Assembly (NCBI GenBank): GCA_010015805.1
Contig: ML978129.1
Coordinates: forward strand, 62,001 to 126,000
Origin: Rhizodiscina lignyota
Taxonomy: Eukaryota
Length of the DNA stretch: 64,000 nucleotides
Direction: 5' to 3'
The notes beneath the pieces are model-generated. The model was not told the origin of the DNA. It saw nothing but the letters and a program-made list of their open reading frames with translations, and made no database searches. The position numbers and the translations under genes were made by a program. Position 1 is the first letter of the stretch; each line of letters begins with the position of its first letter. This document shows positions 36,260 to 50,460 of the stretch, piece after piece.

Positions 36260-39200
36260 ATGGCAACAAGATTGAAGGACGGGGACATCGTGGCATCGGT
36301 GAGCAACGCGAGGACCCGGACGCGTCGGGATACTGACTCGACTACAGTTCTCTGGACGATGGATATCGTGGGCTCACACAATTGCCGCGTACAGTAGGTG
36401 TTAAACGAATATGGATACCAAGTTATTTCCGCTAACGGAAGTGCAGTCGCGTTCCTGGGAGCTCTTATAGTTGGAATGTATGAATGCGTTGAGCCTCGAT
36501 GCAATAGCATGGTACCTAATAAAATGAAGATCGTTGCACTACACAAAGATTGTCCAGAATGAGCACTGGGTACATGTTCCCGTCCCTCTCTGCATTTGCA
36601 ATTTGCTAACGTCTCCGGTGCGTAGGGATATCCACAAGAATGGTTTCCTTCAGTCTCTGCGACAATCGGCGACCGCTATCCTGAGAGATCTGTCTTCCAG
36701 CTCTTTATCGCCGTCACATCAGGTTCGCTGTACAGCAGATGCATCATGTCTTGAACTTTTGTTCTGACAGTCCATAGGACCTCGATTTGCCCTCGTCCTT
36801 CTCTGGTACATTCTCACTGCACGACCCAACGCTTCCTTACCAAAGTTCGTACTCGGCGTGGGACTGTTCAGGACATTGACATGCGGTGGATGGACATATG
36901 TTACCTCGACAGATGATCACGATTGGCATGATATCTTCATGATCAGCTATTTGGTCGCGACTCTGCCATGGACGTTGGGCTGTATTGCTCTGAGTCCACC
37001 GAATCATGTGGCAATCAAGTGGAGAAAGAGATTTGCGACTGCTTTTTTCGCTACATTGGTGCCCTTGATTTACTTCTTCATTCAGCACAAGGTGCATAAA
37101 GTGGCCGGAGGTAAGCACTATCTCACGTCTCACGGAAAGCAGCATCAGCTAATGGCTCAAATAGCTTATACTATTTACGCTTTCTTCGAATGGTCGCTTG
37201 TCTTACTAGACGTTGCATTTGACGCTGTCACTGCACTAGATTTCGAAAACTTTGAGATCGTAGTCAAGGATTTGACGGGTGTTGCAAGAGGGTACGTGCC
37301 ATGGCTTCCCAAGTAAATAGACGAAACGAATTCAATAGAACTATACCCCACCATATCCCGAGTAATATATTCTAAAGATTCTGTAGAAACAATAAGATGG
37401 TCGCCGATGCAGTGCTTGAAAAGCAGTAAGCTTGTGGAATATCCTCAGCGAGCCTGCCCTGTGCTGAATTGAGTTATAGGAAAGACAAGCAAGTCGGCAA
37501 GGTCTTCTCTCCCAGCTTCTCCATTGTTTCGATGGTTGATGCTATTGCTGATGCATACAATGGCGTACGTACATTCTCCGGCTATGTCGGACCTGTTTGC
37601 TAACGAGGGCTCAGTTTGTTTTCTGGTCAATTCTGACATCACTCGGAGTCTCAGTCTGGTGTAAGGCAAGTTCGTCGTCAAGGCGCTCCTCTTACTCACA
37701 AGTCTAACAGATTTTCCTCTTTGGCATATGGGCATCTCTGGGTATGAGGCTGCCGTTATGAGCACCGTCTCCCCATTTCTTCTTGGCATCCGTCCCGTCC
37801 GCTCTTTCGTCATCCGCAACCTGCGATTATTCCACCTCCTGTCACTTTCAGGCCTGCTAGCGTATCTCGTCAAGTCCCCTGAATACCGTCTATTCACAGT
37901 TGTCTTTGCGGTATGGATCAGCTGTATGACATGGGTTGCGACCTGGTACGCAGAGCGTTCGCAGCCTCACCGACTGGAAGCGCGCCTTTCGGCATGGTGT
38001 TTGGGTTTGATTGCGTCTAGCATTGCCAAATTTGCATGCTATACTAACAATCCGATCTGGCCCATCATGCACGACGCCAACGGAGGCTTGAACAAGCTCG
38101 GTTTGGGACTGGCTGTTTTAGCAGTGCTGAGATCCACGGGTGGCACTGCCGCACCTCAAGGCAGTCCTGCTGCTAGTGGCACGAAAGGAGGCTCTTCTCT
38201 CCTGGCCGGACTTGGACTTGCTGGTGTCTTCTTCGCTATGCACTCGCTGCTGTCTGACTCAAGCACGATGATCCTCTGGGTATGGGAGGGCTATCCTATC
38301 CGCGGCCCAATTGCAGTCCCTCACGGCGCTCTTACTATATTCGCAATGGGTTTTGGTCTACTTATAGGCCTCTTTTCACCAGACCTGGTCCTTAGCTGGT
38401 CATTCTTCGGCGTTGCATCTATCGGAGCTGCCCTCCTCACAGGTCGCGCCAACTGGACAGGGTACTATGGCGCTCTTGCTCTGGCGGCATGTGTCATGGC
38501 ATATGCACCAGTCCTGATCTCTGCAGCTATCAAGCATCCGCCTGGCCGCACGTTCTTCCTGGGCTTCTTCATGTACAACTTCATGGTTCTCTTTCACGTT
38601 TGGGTCGTCGCCTACGCCTTCGTCCCTGGCGGCCCTGCAGTCCGTGAGCACACAGACTGGGTCATGACGACCACCATGCTCATGATTGGATGCGGTGTTT
38701 TCTCTGCCAAAGTTACATCCACAACCTCAAGCATTCCCTCCAGGGAGCCGAGCAGTGCAGAGAAGGAGAAGTTCAAGCCTGCAGCTGGCGGAATGCCTGG
38801 CGCAAGCAGGCTTCGCTCGTATTATGTTTATGTCCTGTTTGGACTCGAGCTGCTTGCCGCCAGCACCGCATACATTCGTCTGAATAACTATTACCCTTAC
38901 GTCCCGTACCATCCAGACGACAAGCTCATCACTGCTGGTATCTGGACCATCCACTTCTCACTCGACAACGATATGTGGAGCTCTGAGCGACGTATGCGTG
39001 ACGTGATAAAAGAGCTTGAGGTAGATGTGATGGGCCTGCTCGAGTCAGACCTTCAACGCATCATTATGGGTAACAGGGACACGACGCAATTCCTTGCCGA
39101 GGATCTTGGAATGTATGTGGATTACGGCCCAGGCCCTAACAAGCACACATGGGGATGCGCTCTTCTGAGCAAGTTCCCGATCGTGAACAGCACGCACCAT

Positions 39201-39795
39201 CTCTTGCCAAGTCCAGTCGGCGAACTGGCGCCCGCCATTCATGCAACAATAGATGCGTACGACGAATTGATTGATGTTTTCGTGTTCCACTCTGGACAGG
39301 AGGAAGATCCCGAGGACAGGAGGCTACAAAGCGAATATCTAGCCAGCCTAATGGGCACAGTAACAAACCGACCTGCAATTCTCCTCTCCTACCTCGTCAC
39401 CAAACCCCAACAAGGCAACTACAACACCTACGTCTCGGAAGTATCCGGCATGAGGGATATTGACCCAAGCGACTGGGACCGCTGGTGCGAGTACATTCTG
39501 TACAAAGGACTCAAGCGTACAGGCTATGCACGAGTTTCGAGAAGCACGATTACGGACACAGAGATCCAGGTCGGCAAGTTTGTTGTTGGCAAGGGCGAAG
39601 ATACCCCTGAGGATGAGGTCAGGATTTTAGATGAGGATGATATGCCCGAGGGATGGAGGTTCCCGAGATTGTTCAGAGGACAGGGAGTAAGGGGACATCG
39701 GTACCATGTTTTTGACGAGCCAAGGTAAGTTTCACGTTTTCGTGTAGTGTGGGATAAATACCTTACTGACGACTAAATGCAGATACTGGAATTAG
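36260..39795 (+). CDS. CWH43: Cwh43 / PGAP2-interacting GPI lipid-remodelling protein
   Basis: Multi-exon. Motifs [51 protein letters not shown] and [14 protein letters not shown]. Last exon RYWN* ends at 39795. Confidence 0.93.
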
Positions 39796-40859
39796 TCGAA
39801 ACAGGCTTCCGCCATTCGATTGTGTCGCCGTCTGGAAATGGCCTTTCCTGCAATGACGGAGGATGTGGGAGGCGCCGCAAGAGGGTATCTGGGAGCAACA
39901 TTTGGCGTTCTTGTAAACTAAATAATTCATGCATCAGCGTTCCCTATAATGGATAAGTTTGTCCTTCATGGGTCATGTCCATAAATTTCCAGAGCTCCTC
40001 CGCCACGGGTTTGAACAGCTCGAATCGCTTCATGCCCGTTTGATTAGCAGGAAGTGACGAATGACGTAAACTCGCGCTTGTTCGGAGCGAGAAGCGTCTC
40101 AATAGTACGTCGTGGAAGGATTTAAGGCTTGACAACAACCTGGAACTTTAATTGGGTTCATCGTGCTACATGTAACATCGTGACCATCACTAAAAGGGTG
40201 TCTGAGTTTGCGAGACTACTCCCATCAGTTGCGGAGTCAAATTGTCTGTGTAGAAGCAGTCCAGAAACTTTTTATCGTTTTTAAAAGATAATGGGTACAT
40301 CTAAATAGCAAAGAGCGTAATTTAAATTGTCATGAAATTAAGGTGTTTTAACATTAATTAAATGAGACATGTATATATGATGTGCATAGAGTAGAGAAGT
40401 GAGTAGTAGAAGTGAAGGAAAGAAGCGGTGGCAAAACACATCGAAGAGAATGGTGCGAAAATGTAATAACGTCTTTTGAGCTCAAATCCAGTTGTTAAAA
40501 AGTAAATAAATTATATAAGAGGGCTTACAAAAAAAGAATAAACAAAAAGAAAAATAAATGGCAAAAAGAAGATTTGAATCTTCAGTGAAGGGGGTTTCCA
40601 AAGATTGGTATAGTGCGGTTTGCTGGGTGGCCCACGGTCTCATCTGGTAAAAGGCAAGATAAGAGTTCCAATAGGCCATCCCACCGCAACAAGAGCTACG
40701 CTGAAACAAAAATTAACTATATACCCAACAAATTTAGTGATATTTTTCATCCACGACCACAAAAACCCTCGAAGTCTGATTCCTCATCCAATATTGAGCA
40801 ACATTCGAGCGTTTCACTGCTGCAGAAAGTTTTTAATTCTGCGAAGTACAAAAGTTTCA

Positions 40860-41355
40860 ATGCTCAACCTCCGCGATCCCCGACTCCACATCGCAGCCCT
40901 CGAAGCGCGGTTGCATCTTTACCAGCTTCCACCAGATATCGTGCTCCCTGAAGAGCTCCAACTTCCACGCCAAAAGGACGCATTCTATTCTATTACGTAC
41001 ACGAGCAATGAGATTTCCATAATCACGCAGACGCTCGCCGTCTCTGACTCCGTGAAGGAGCTGCAAAAGCAAGGAACTCTAAAGTACGAGGGACCATGGT
41101 CATGTTTGAAGATCAATGGACCGATGGATCTTACTCTCACGGGTATTATCGCTTATGCTGAATTTACGGATTCAGGAGTCTGATGATGTATTAGGAGTAA
41201 TGGCTGCAATGACTACACCGCTGGCAAGAGGTAGTATCGCTGTCTTCGCGATCTCAACATGGAATACAGACTTCATTCTCCTTCACGATGTGGATAGGAG
41301 CAGAGCGATCGATGCCCTGAGAGCGACAGGCTGGACTGTAGACGATTTGGGGTAA
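40860..41355 (+). CDS. Small ACT-domain protein (CASTOR/ACT_7-like)
   Basis: FYSITYTSNEISII, WSCLKINGPMDLTLTG and IAVFAISTWNTDFILL. Intron 41143-41194. Confidence 0.85.
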
Positions 41356-41752
41356 TCTAAATCCTGATTGACCTTGCTGTTGCATCACTAACTGCCCGCC
41401 AGCGTAAAGTACGGGCTCCCCATTATATGATCTTCTTGGATTTAGACCGCTCAACGGTTGAACGCCCATAAAGCACGTAATCGGACATGGCACCAATGTA
41501 CATTTGGCAATGGTCATTCAACTAGTGTAAATGAGAAAGTTGAATGCGGTATGCAGCTCACCTCACCAATGAGTAACGAGCAATAGAACCTCAGTAAATA
41601 AAGGCGTATCACGCTCCAAGGATTCAGAGGGAATCTATATGAGCACAAAGGTCTGGTTCGGGACATCATTAATTTAGGATTATCCTTCCTACGGACAATG
41701 AGGCAGTTTCATTCTTTGCCTAAGAGACGAAATACGTCGTTGATCGCATAAT

Positions 41753-43820
41753 TCAATCATCAGGATACTCGTCCCTAATATTACTGACGAACTTGCCCGT
41801 CAGCGAATCCCACCGCTTAAAGTATCGCCCCGCAAGCATCATGAGCGCTTTGCTCGGACGACTCGTCATGATATCAATGTTCTCCTCCGCTACATATCGA
41901 CTGCTCTTATCCGCCGCCCTGTAATGGAATCAGATATTCCGCAAACCATGTAATTCAAAGTCGACAGAATACTCACAAGACGTTGTAGAAGCTTTGGTCG
42001 CTTCCACCGCTCAGCCTCCTCACGCCCATCTGCGCGATCCATCCCTCGTCCTTTTCGCATTTAGTATCCCATCCCACTATCACGCCCTCATAGCCATATC
42101 TCCGGTGCTTGAAGACACTTCCAACTCGGAACCTGACCTTCTCGGTCCCTCCTTCTCGTGGTCCAGCCGCCCAGCCCTCTCGCTCAGCGCTGAACCACCC
42201 GCCCCAACTCCCACCAATCTCCGCCTGCTGCTGCCTCTCAGGGCTACCAGGCAATGGCGCTGGTCGAGCCTGCACCGGACTCTTCACACTATCCTCCGTC
42301 CTAATCGCTCTCGTAATCTCAAGAAGCTGGTAATGATCCCCACTGACTTGTCTGACCCCCCGTCCATGTCCCGCAAAGATAAAGGCACCTCCATTCTCCA
42401 TGTTATGCGCGCCTTGCAGGAACATCGGCAGCACAACATCCTCCAAAAGCACGACATCCCACGGATACTGTGGTTGGATCTTCTCGAGCAGCCACGGCAT
42501 GATCCGGGCTCGTCTCGCCTGCTGTTGTTGCACCCGCAGCGGGTCGCCCCCATCAACGGGTGGAGAAGTCTGCACGATCAACATCGCCCACAGCGCGGCG
42601 TAATACGCCTCGTCGACTTGTGGGATACCGTTGGCCCAAGCGGCACCCTCGTCGTCATCGACGCGAATGATGAGCTCTCGCTCACGCATCGTCTGCGCTG
42701 AAGTCATGATGTTGCGGGTCGTGCGGATCACGAGGTCGCGCGTGCTGGCCACCGTAGTGAACTCCGCATACGAAGAGGGGGAGATGCCGATTGCAGCGAG
42801 GTGGTGCTGAACGTCGGAGACTGAAACTTCGTTGGCGTGGCGGAAAGGATCGATGAACATGTATTCCGTTGGTGCATCTGGTTCGGTAGGTTTGTGGTCG
42901 AGGGTTTTGCCTGAAGGTGCGAATACGACACCGTAGATGTGCAATGGGACGTTGGAAGCGCGGGCGTCGACACCAATGCGCCGAGCAAGACAGATGTATA
43001 TGCTCGTTAGGATAATAGGGAGCGTCTGGTGCCTCGAATCGCGCAGCGCGAAGCCAATGAAGTTGTTTTGCATGGCGTGGTAATCTCTTGCCTCATTCTG
43101 CACGCCTTCAAACCCGCTGTCGCGTAGGAATTGCACCAACGCAAGCGCCTTTTGTCGTGTCGAAAATTCTTCAAATTCCGGCGTTTTTTCACGGAATTGT
43201 GCCACCATATCGTCAAGTGTAGCTGAGATATCCCACAGATCGCCATTCCTCGACCCCACCGTAAACATATCAAACGCACCGAGCGCATGCTCCAGCGGCA
43301 CATCTTCACCCCTGGACAGCTTCTGCCACACTTCAAGAGCCATTCGCCTCTGTATCAGACCCAGCGCCGCTTCACTCCACCAGCTCCTCGCCAGATGATC
43401 CTCCACCTCTTCACCAACGCTCGCTTGTCGCAGCAGCTCGTCCTTCGCATCATACCCACTTTCACAAATATTGGCCATCTTGACAATGCGTTTTTGCTGG
43501 ACCGCGACGATACCATCTATCTCCCCCGCGATCTCACGGTCTCTGCACCACCGCTGTTTAAATAGGCCATGCCAATCGACCTCTGCCACTGGCCCTGCTA
43601 ATTTCTGCTCAATCGCGTGGTCCGCCGCCCAGTATTTGTAATGCACCCGGCAATTGTAGCGCCATAATAATGGCTCCTCGACAAGAGCCTTAAGACGCTT
43701 AGAAGTCGATTGGAGAGAAGCGAGGGATTGTGGCGGTAGATAGTAAAAGATGGAGTGGAGGATTTCGCTGGGGAGCGCGTTCATGGTTGGAGGCGGCATT
43801 GGTTCGTCAGACTGTATCAT
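41753..43820 (-). CDS. F-box + SirB1/transglutaminase-like + YccV/HspQ-like protein (FBXO21-like)
   Basis: F-box LPSEILHSIFYYL, LPIILTSIY..ARRIG, FIDPF, FRVGSVFKHRRYGYEGVIVGWD and SRYVAEENI. Intron about 41919-41976. Confidence 0.88.
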
Positions 43821-44412
43821 AATGAAAGCTTTGGAGTATAATTGACGCGGATTTGACAGTTTGTAGGAATGAGGCAGGAGGGTGAAAGGAAGTTGAAATC
43901 TGGGGGTCTGACACCTGCATTCTCGCCATCGGCAGAATGATTGACATGACGTCGGTTATCTCCGGCTTTGAGCATCGACTAACTCCAACTTCATCACGGG
44001 TGGCACAGTAGTAAAATACTCTCTCTGGTACACCTGGGGTAAGATACTTTGGTATAATTACCCCAAATACGAAGAGCAATTTCCATTGCTTGACCTGCTC
44101 TACAACAACGGGTTCACGTTGGGCGGGAGCGTCCGCATACCAGAGCCGCACGAGGGCAAATTCGCCATTAGTTCAACGAGACTTCGGGGCATTCGCCACC
44201 ACGAATAATTCCTAGCTTTGGTTTATTCATGACTTCTCTTTCCACATCTGTTTGGAGTCGACTAATCATATACATGAACGGAGAGATGCGATTAATGCTC
44301 TATGTATGACCCATCCAGTCCCCCAGGGTATCTGCAATTTAGCAAGAGATAAAACTCGAAATATGTTCAAAAACACTCTCATTACAAACTCCGCCAGTAT
44401 GTATGCTAACAC

Positions 44413-46021
44413 TCAATGGCTCTCCCCTGAGTGCTCACCACCGTTGTCTGTTGTTATCTCTGGCGGCGTAGCTGTTTCTTTCGTCTTCTGTGGGCTCATG
44501 GCCATCTCCTCATCGGGCCCGGGCTGTGGTACGCCGGGCACTGATCCCTCAATGACATCGGCGAAGGTGTACGCTACTTCGCCATGTAGCGCATCATCGC
44601 CCATGATGAGCTCCTCGTCGCTCAGACGCAGCGGGACGCGGCAGACGTACTTGATAAAGCCCATAATCAAGCTCGTCCACACAACATTCCAGCCGATGAT
44701 GAATAACGCGCCTGCGAGCTGCCAGCCGATCTGCACACCATTGCCCTCGATAGCACCTCCTGGTGTTGTGAGCGCGAACGCTGCGCAACCCTCTGCGGTT
44801 GCGAAGATGCCAACGAGGAAGCCGCCCGTGACACCGGCGACAAGATGGGTGTGGAAGACGCCGAGAGTGTCATCGACGGCGTGGAAGATCTGGAACTTCT
44901 TGGCCAAAATGTTCATGGTCAGCCACGGAAGCGAGCCGGAGCAGACGCCGATGATGATGGCTCCCCAACCTGCTACGACACCGGCCGCTGGTGTGATAGC
45001 CACGAGACCAGTGATCATGCCCTGGACGGATCCGATAACCGACGGCTTCTTGAAGAAAATAATATCAAGAATTGTCCATACCAACAAACTGACAGCGGTT
45101 GCCAGATTCGTGTTCAGGACGGCAGCGCCTGCATCCGGAGATGCGGTGTACGGATCACCACCATTGAAGCCGTTCCAGCCCAGCCAGAGCAGACCAGCAC
45201 CGACCATGACAAGCAGGATATTGTGCGGGGTGAAGTTCTCGCGATCGTGCTTCAGGCGGGGGCCCTAGATCATTGTTAGTAAAGTTCTGAGCCTCATTTC
45301 TTCAAGTTTGACTCACAATCCACCATGCACCAACAAAACCAGCAGTTCCCGAAGAGACATGAATGACATATCCGCCGGAATAATCAATAACTCCCCTTTG
45401 GAAAGCCCAACCGCCGCCCCAAATGGAAAATGCTCCAATTGTATAGCTGAAAGTAATCCAGAGCGGTACATAAATCATCCATGCCTAAAATTGAGTTAGA
45501 ATTGGTCCTATCGTGTACGAATAGGCTATTAGTCTCACCTTGAAGCTCATGCGCCCTAAGAAAGCACCTGCAGTGATGACCACGGTAATTGCCGCGAAGA
45601 CGAACTGGAAATAGACCATAGTAGCTTTCGGAAAAGCCGCTTCGATATTGGCAACCGGTAGAATGGCCTAGGCGCGTGTCAGCATCCGCATGTACTATCA
45701 CGTGTCAATTGGTGCGCTCAGGAATCGACCTACCTGTTCGAGCTCTGTATGTATTGATAAGACTGGCTTTGGAATTCCGACAAGACCGGGAATCATGGTG
45801 CCTCCAAAACCCATCTCGTAGCCGTAGATGACCCATACCACCAACACCATTGCGAAGGCGTATAGTGCCATGAATGCTGAATTGACGGCCCATTTTGTCT
45901 TCACGATACCAGCGTAAAGAACAACCAGACCTGGAACGCTCTGCATACCGACGAGCGTCGCAGCGGTAAGCTGCCAGGCGTTGTCGCCATTGTTGAGCCA
46001 ATCGGGCGCGGTCGCGCTCAT
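44413..46021 (-). CDS. Ammonium transporter (Amt/Mep family)
   Basis: [37 protein letters not shown] and [14 protein letters not shown]. Three introns; both pore histidines are present. Confidence 0.95.
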
Positions 46022-47831
46022 CTTGGCGAAGGGTTCGCGTCAATTGAAAGTAGATATACAATTCACGCGCCGGCGACAACAATGAGGGAAATTGGAATCT
46101 CTGGGAATAACCAGAGTACCGCAGAGCAGGCAGTCGCGCAGAAAATCTTCGAGAGAAGAATTTCGCGCCGGGGGATGACACCACTTAAAGGTTCCACAGC
46201 TGCGTCACGCAACCCAAATCTCCAGTCGACCTACCGCACGACACACGCGGGTCTGAATCACATCTAGGCCTACATAGCTCTAGGGGAGCGCTCGGAGGCG
46301 AGCCTTGGCTTTGGGGTAAGCGAATTACACGTCTCTCGGTCCCTTGGAACGATTCCCGTTACCAGAAATGCTTTGATATGCATAACTGCAGGGATGCTCT
46401 TGATTGGCCAGAGCAAGCACTGAAAGTCCTTATCAGTGGCTGCCATAGTGGCTTTCGGCAGGAGATTGATGAGAAGCGCTCCAGAATCCCAGCTCCCGAG
46501 TTCGGTCTGTCGTGCAGGGCTCGGATGGGTGCATATGGAATAGGGACCCTGGAGCTAGGCTCTCCAAACCAAGACATTGGGACCCCACGGGGGTTCAATG
46601 ATTTCTATTGCTTGGCTCGACATTGCTCACTGCTAAGCCTTCGTGCTACAGAGTAAGCTTTCCATAGTTTGATTCCTAAGACCTGGGCAGAGTGGAGATA
46701 GTGGAGAACATGAGCGCCCAGGCGTAGAAAAAAGAGATCTAACAGTCTTTCGCACGGAGCACAAACGGCGGTGGAAAAGAACGGAAGAGGGCGGGATCTG
46801 AGTTCTCGACAGAGCAAACAGACCGCGGTGCGCACAGTGCAACAAACAGCATCGTGTCAACGACATCGCGATTGTGGAACGACGGTACGAAACATACAGG
46901 CTAAGTGGAAATGGCGATGATGTGTCGTTGGGATGATTAAGGTTGAGATAAGAGGTTGAAACAAGAATGGACGGGAGACTCGTGTAGATAAGGATCAGGC
47001 GAGGGATGTGGCTTTCTTGCAGACGCGGTATCCTATGCTTCCGCCGCAAGCTAGCAGGCATTGGGGAAGGCCACCGCCAACCCACGGCGGAATGTGTCTT
47101 TGTACCCTTCAAAACAGCTTCGAGGCGCTGAAACGCTGTGCTTTGTCGAGGAGAAACAAACACGTAGTTCGACAAGAAGAGTGTGGAATGCAAGGATTGA
47201 GACGAATAATGGGGACGACCGAGCGAGGCTGCTCAACAGTCCATCCCGTGTCGACCGCACCGTCGTGTCCGCAGTGTCCGTAGGGGACCGTAGCCAATGT
47301 GTCGAACTCGCTCACCCTTGCTCGACGTCGAAGGAAATCACCCGACTGGACATTTGCTGAGAATGTCAAATGGGGCATGCCAACGCGAATTATTCGAGGT
47401 GGTGGGAGGGCTGCGGCCGCTAGGGGTGAAGTGTTGTCGCCGGAATGTGTCCGATGTCTGACAAAGATCTGGTAAGGCCTTTAGAGGTAGCAATAGCAAT
47501 CTCAGACATGACACGCCGAATTGAAGCTGTGCATACTTTGCAAAAGTCTCGAAAGATTCAGAAGATGGCACGACGTCGAATTTAAATTTCTACGTGCCAA
47601 GACGCCGCGGCCGACGCTTGGCTTGCTCTAGGCAATGCTTCTTGGTATCAACGTCTTGCGAGTAAGACGGAGACGACAGACGAGGACATAAACCAATCGG
47701 CGGAACGTCTCATAAGAATTGAGGCAACGCTCCAGGTCATCGCTCATCTTGTCGACTGAAATGGGATTATCTCTCATCCGAAAGAGCATACTGCTAGGCT
47801 CCACTCATTACTCTTGCGATTACTGTGTGTC

Positions 47832-48808
47832 TTACTCATCCTTCTTCTCGCTACTTTTGTCATCCTCTCTCCGTGTCAGTATCTGGTCGATGATGCCAAG
47901 TTCCAGTGCTTCCTTCGCACCCATGAAGTAGTCACGCTCCATGAGCTTCTCAATCTCATCCAGCGTCTGCGGTTTCGTCATGTGCTGCTGATATATCTGA
48001 TTCAGCTGGTGCCTCACGCGCAGAATCTCCTTCGCATGGATGGCAATGTCCGACGCCTGTCCGAAGTATCCGCCTGACGGTTGGTGTATCATTATCGAGC
48101 TATGAGGGAGGCAGAAGCGCTGCTTCGGGGCACCACCGCAGAGGAGGAGGGAGCCCATCGATGCGGCTTGGCCGACACAGATGGTTGTGACTGGGGAGCG
48201 GATGTATGTCATCGTATCGTAGATCGCAAGGCCTTGATACTTGTCAGCAGCTCTCGCAAGGTGTCTAAGCATTTTCTTTGAATAATCGCACCAGCTGTGA
48301 CAGAGCCGCCAGGAGAATTGATATACAAGCTGATGGGCTTGTCTGGGTTGTCGGCTTCGAGGAATAACATTTGCGCTACGACTGAGGCCGAAGTACCCTC
48401 GTCAACCGCGCCATTGAGACATATGATTCGCTCCTGAAAATTTCTCAGCAATTGAACTCTCTATGAGTATTTGGTATCTCCACCTTTAGGAGTCGCGAAA
48501 AGATGTCGTCTGTTTAGGAAGTCTATATTAGTCCGGTTCCGTGGACATTTGATGGTGCCAGATTGGTCCTACATGTATGCCACCCGCCTCCCTACTCAGT
48601 CAGCCTCTCCCTCTATTTGGCCATCCATTTCGGAACATACAATTGTCTCAGTTACGAAAGGTGTAGGTGTCCATCCTCGTGGTAATGTGGGTGCGGAAGA
48701 GGGTGTGGTAGGCTTCGGTGAGCTCGATATGGAACGTATACATGTAGCTGGCCTTCTTGCATTTGTAAGGGCTAAACGACACAGCGGACGAGCTGAAAAG
48801 ATTGACAT
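47832..48808 (-). CDS. clpP: Mitochondrial ATP-dependent Clp protease proteolytic subunit
   Basis: [32 protein letters not shown] and IMIHQPSGG. Four short introns; presequence-like N-terminus. Confidence 0.95.
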
Positions 48809-49001
48809 TGTGGAGAATTCTTGTCTTCAGAGCCACCACTGGTGGGAGTTTGGAGCTTCATGATCGACATTCCAAGCTCAAGCTTCTCCGCCCTAGATCC
48901 TTGACAGCACTCCTCTCCTCTCCGCCCTTGGCACATCAATATCAACGGCCAATCGAAGGGACATTCTTATCACTACAACTCCTTGTGTGCCGTGATGTGG
49001 G

Positions 49002-50355
49002 ATGCTCCGTTCATCCTTTCCTTCACTCCGTCTACCAAAATGCCTTCATCCTAATGTAATCTCCCACCATGTCCGGCCCATCTTCACAGCGGCAGACACA
49101 TTCTCTCCCGAAGCTCTCGAAGCTGCCTCGAAAGATCCCAACTTCCCCATCATCGTCAGCGAAGATGGCACACACGCGCTCCGGAAGCGTCGACATAGCA
49201 ACAGGCCGCTGCCGCTTCCGCCGCACATGGATCCCGTAAGGAGAGCGCAGAGGAACCAGTTCAAGGACCGAAAGAAGCAACCCGACGAAGTTGTAGAGTT
49301 CACAGACTTCCAAAAGAGGATGCAGGATAATGTATACGGTATGTTGCAGCTTTACATTATCTTCAATTGAGTACAGAGGGCTAATATCATATGCAGCACA
49401 AGCTCTAGCAACTCCAGTCCGCCAATGCCGCTTAACGCACGCGCGCCTCCCAAGCTTCTTCCTCCTCCCTTTGGCCATAGCGCCGGTGCCCCAGTCCGAA
49501 GAGCCCAAGATGAGGACCACCCAGCAAGCCCTTCTTCCCATTGATCTCTTTGCCCAAGCCAATGCGGGCAACGAAGAGCTTCGCACCATGCTTCCACGCG
49601 TCAAACGCCGCGCCTATGCAACATTGCACAAGACCAAACTTGACTATGTGACGGAGAAAAAGAAATGGGGCACTCTTACCGATCCAGCCATGCACGCATA
49701 TCTGCAAAAGTTCGGGGGTAGAGAGCAGTTGGAATGGCGGAAGGACATGAGCGATTTCGTGCGGGATATGCTCAGGCGGATTGTGACGAGAGACCTGCGC
49801 AGCCTCATTGAGAGACCTTTAGATGCTGGATCGGCCGCTGACAATAGCCTCGAGGCCAATTCAGAGCCCAAAACTCTCAATGGGGCCGATGAGCCCCTCG
49901 TTGCCTGCCCATCCGGTGCAACAGGTTTGCACCGTGTCTCTAACGCAGCATGCATTCTTTACTTTGTGCCACTCCTAAGCTCGGAACGCGCTACCATCGA
50001 GAAGCAGGTGGAGAGGGCGGCCGAGAAGGCCGACGCGGAAGTAAACAAACTCGGGGCACTCTTACGAAAATACGATAAATCGGAATCCCTACCGCACATG
50101 AGATTATCGGTAATGCTTCCGCAACTCAACACGGCGATCAAAAGGCCACCGCTCGACTTCCCCTCCGCTGAATATCAAGATGGGAAGGTGCCTGTATACG
50201 GACTAGCCGGACTGCTCGGAGAAGAGGAGATGCGGAAAGTTATCGAAGGCACGAAATTCGAAGGGGAGAGATGCCTAGTGCTAAAGCAAGGAGCGGAGTC
50301 GCTGCGATTGCAGAAGTCTTTGTTGAAGCTACAGATATATCTAGCCGAAGCATGA
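49002..50355 (+). CDS. Conserved-looking hypothetical fungal protein, possibly mitochondrial
   Basis: Intron 49339-49397 gives NVYAQALATPVRQCRLTHARLPSFFL. Arg/Ser/Leu-rich N-terminus. Confidence 0.65.
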
Positions 50356-50460
50356 GCATGTCCACTTCCATACCCAAATGATACTTTGTCTTCGCGTGAA
50401 CCCAATGGACAGACTCAGCGCCCTTTTCCATTTTTGAATGCCAATGCGCTCTTTAATGCA

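Noticed and set aside
44252..45268. 338-aa plus-strand ORF
   Set aside because: Antisense shadow of the ammonium transporter.
46030..47830. Several 70-190-aa ORFs upstream of the ammonium transporter
   Set aside because: They overlap on both strands and lack motifs; most likely a long regulatory or UTR region.
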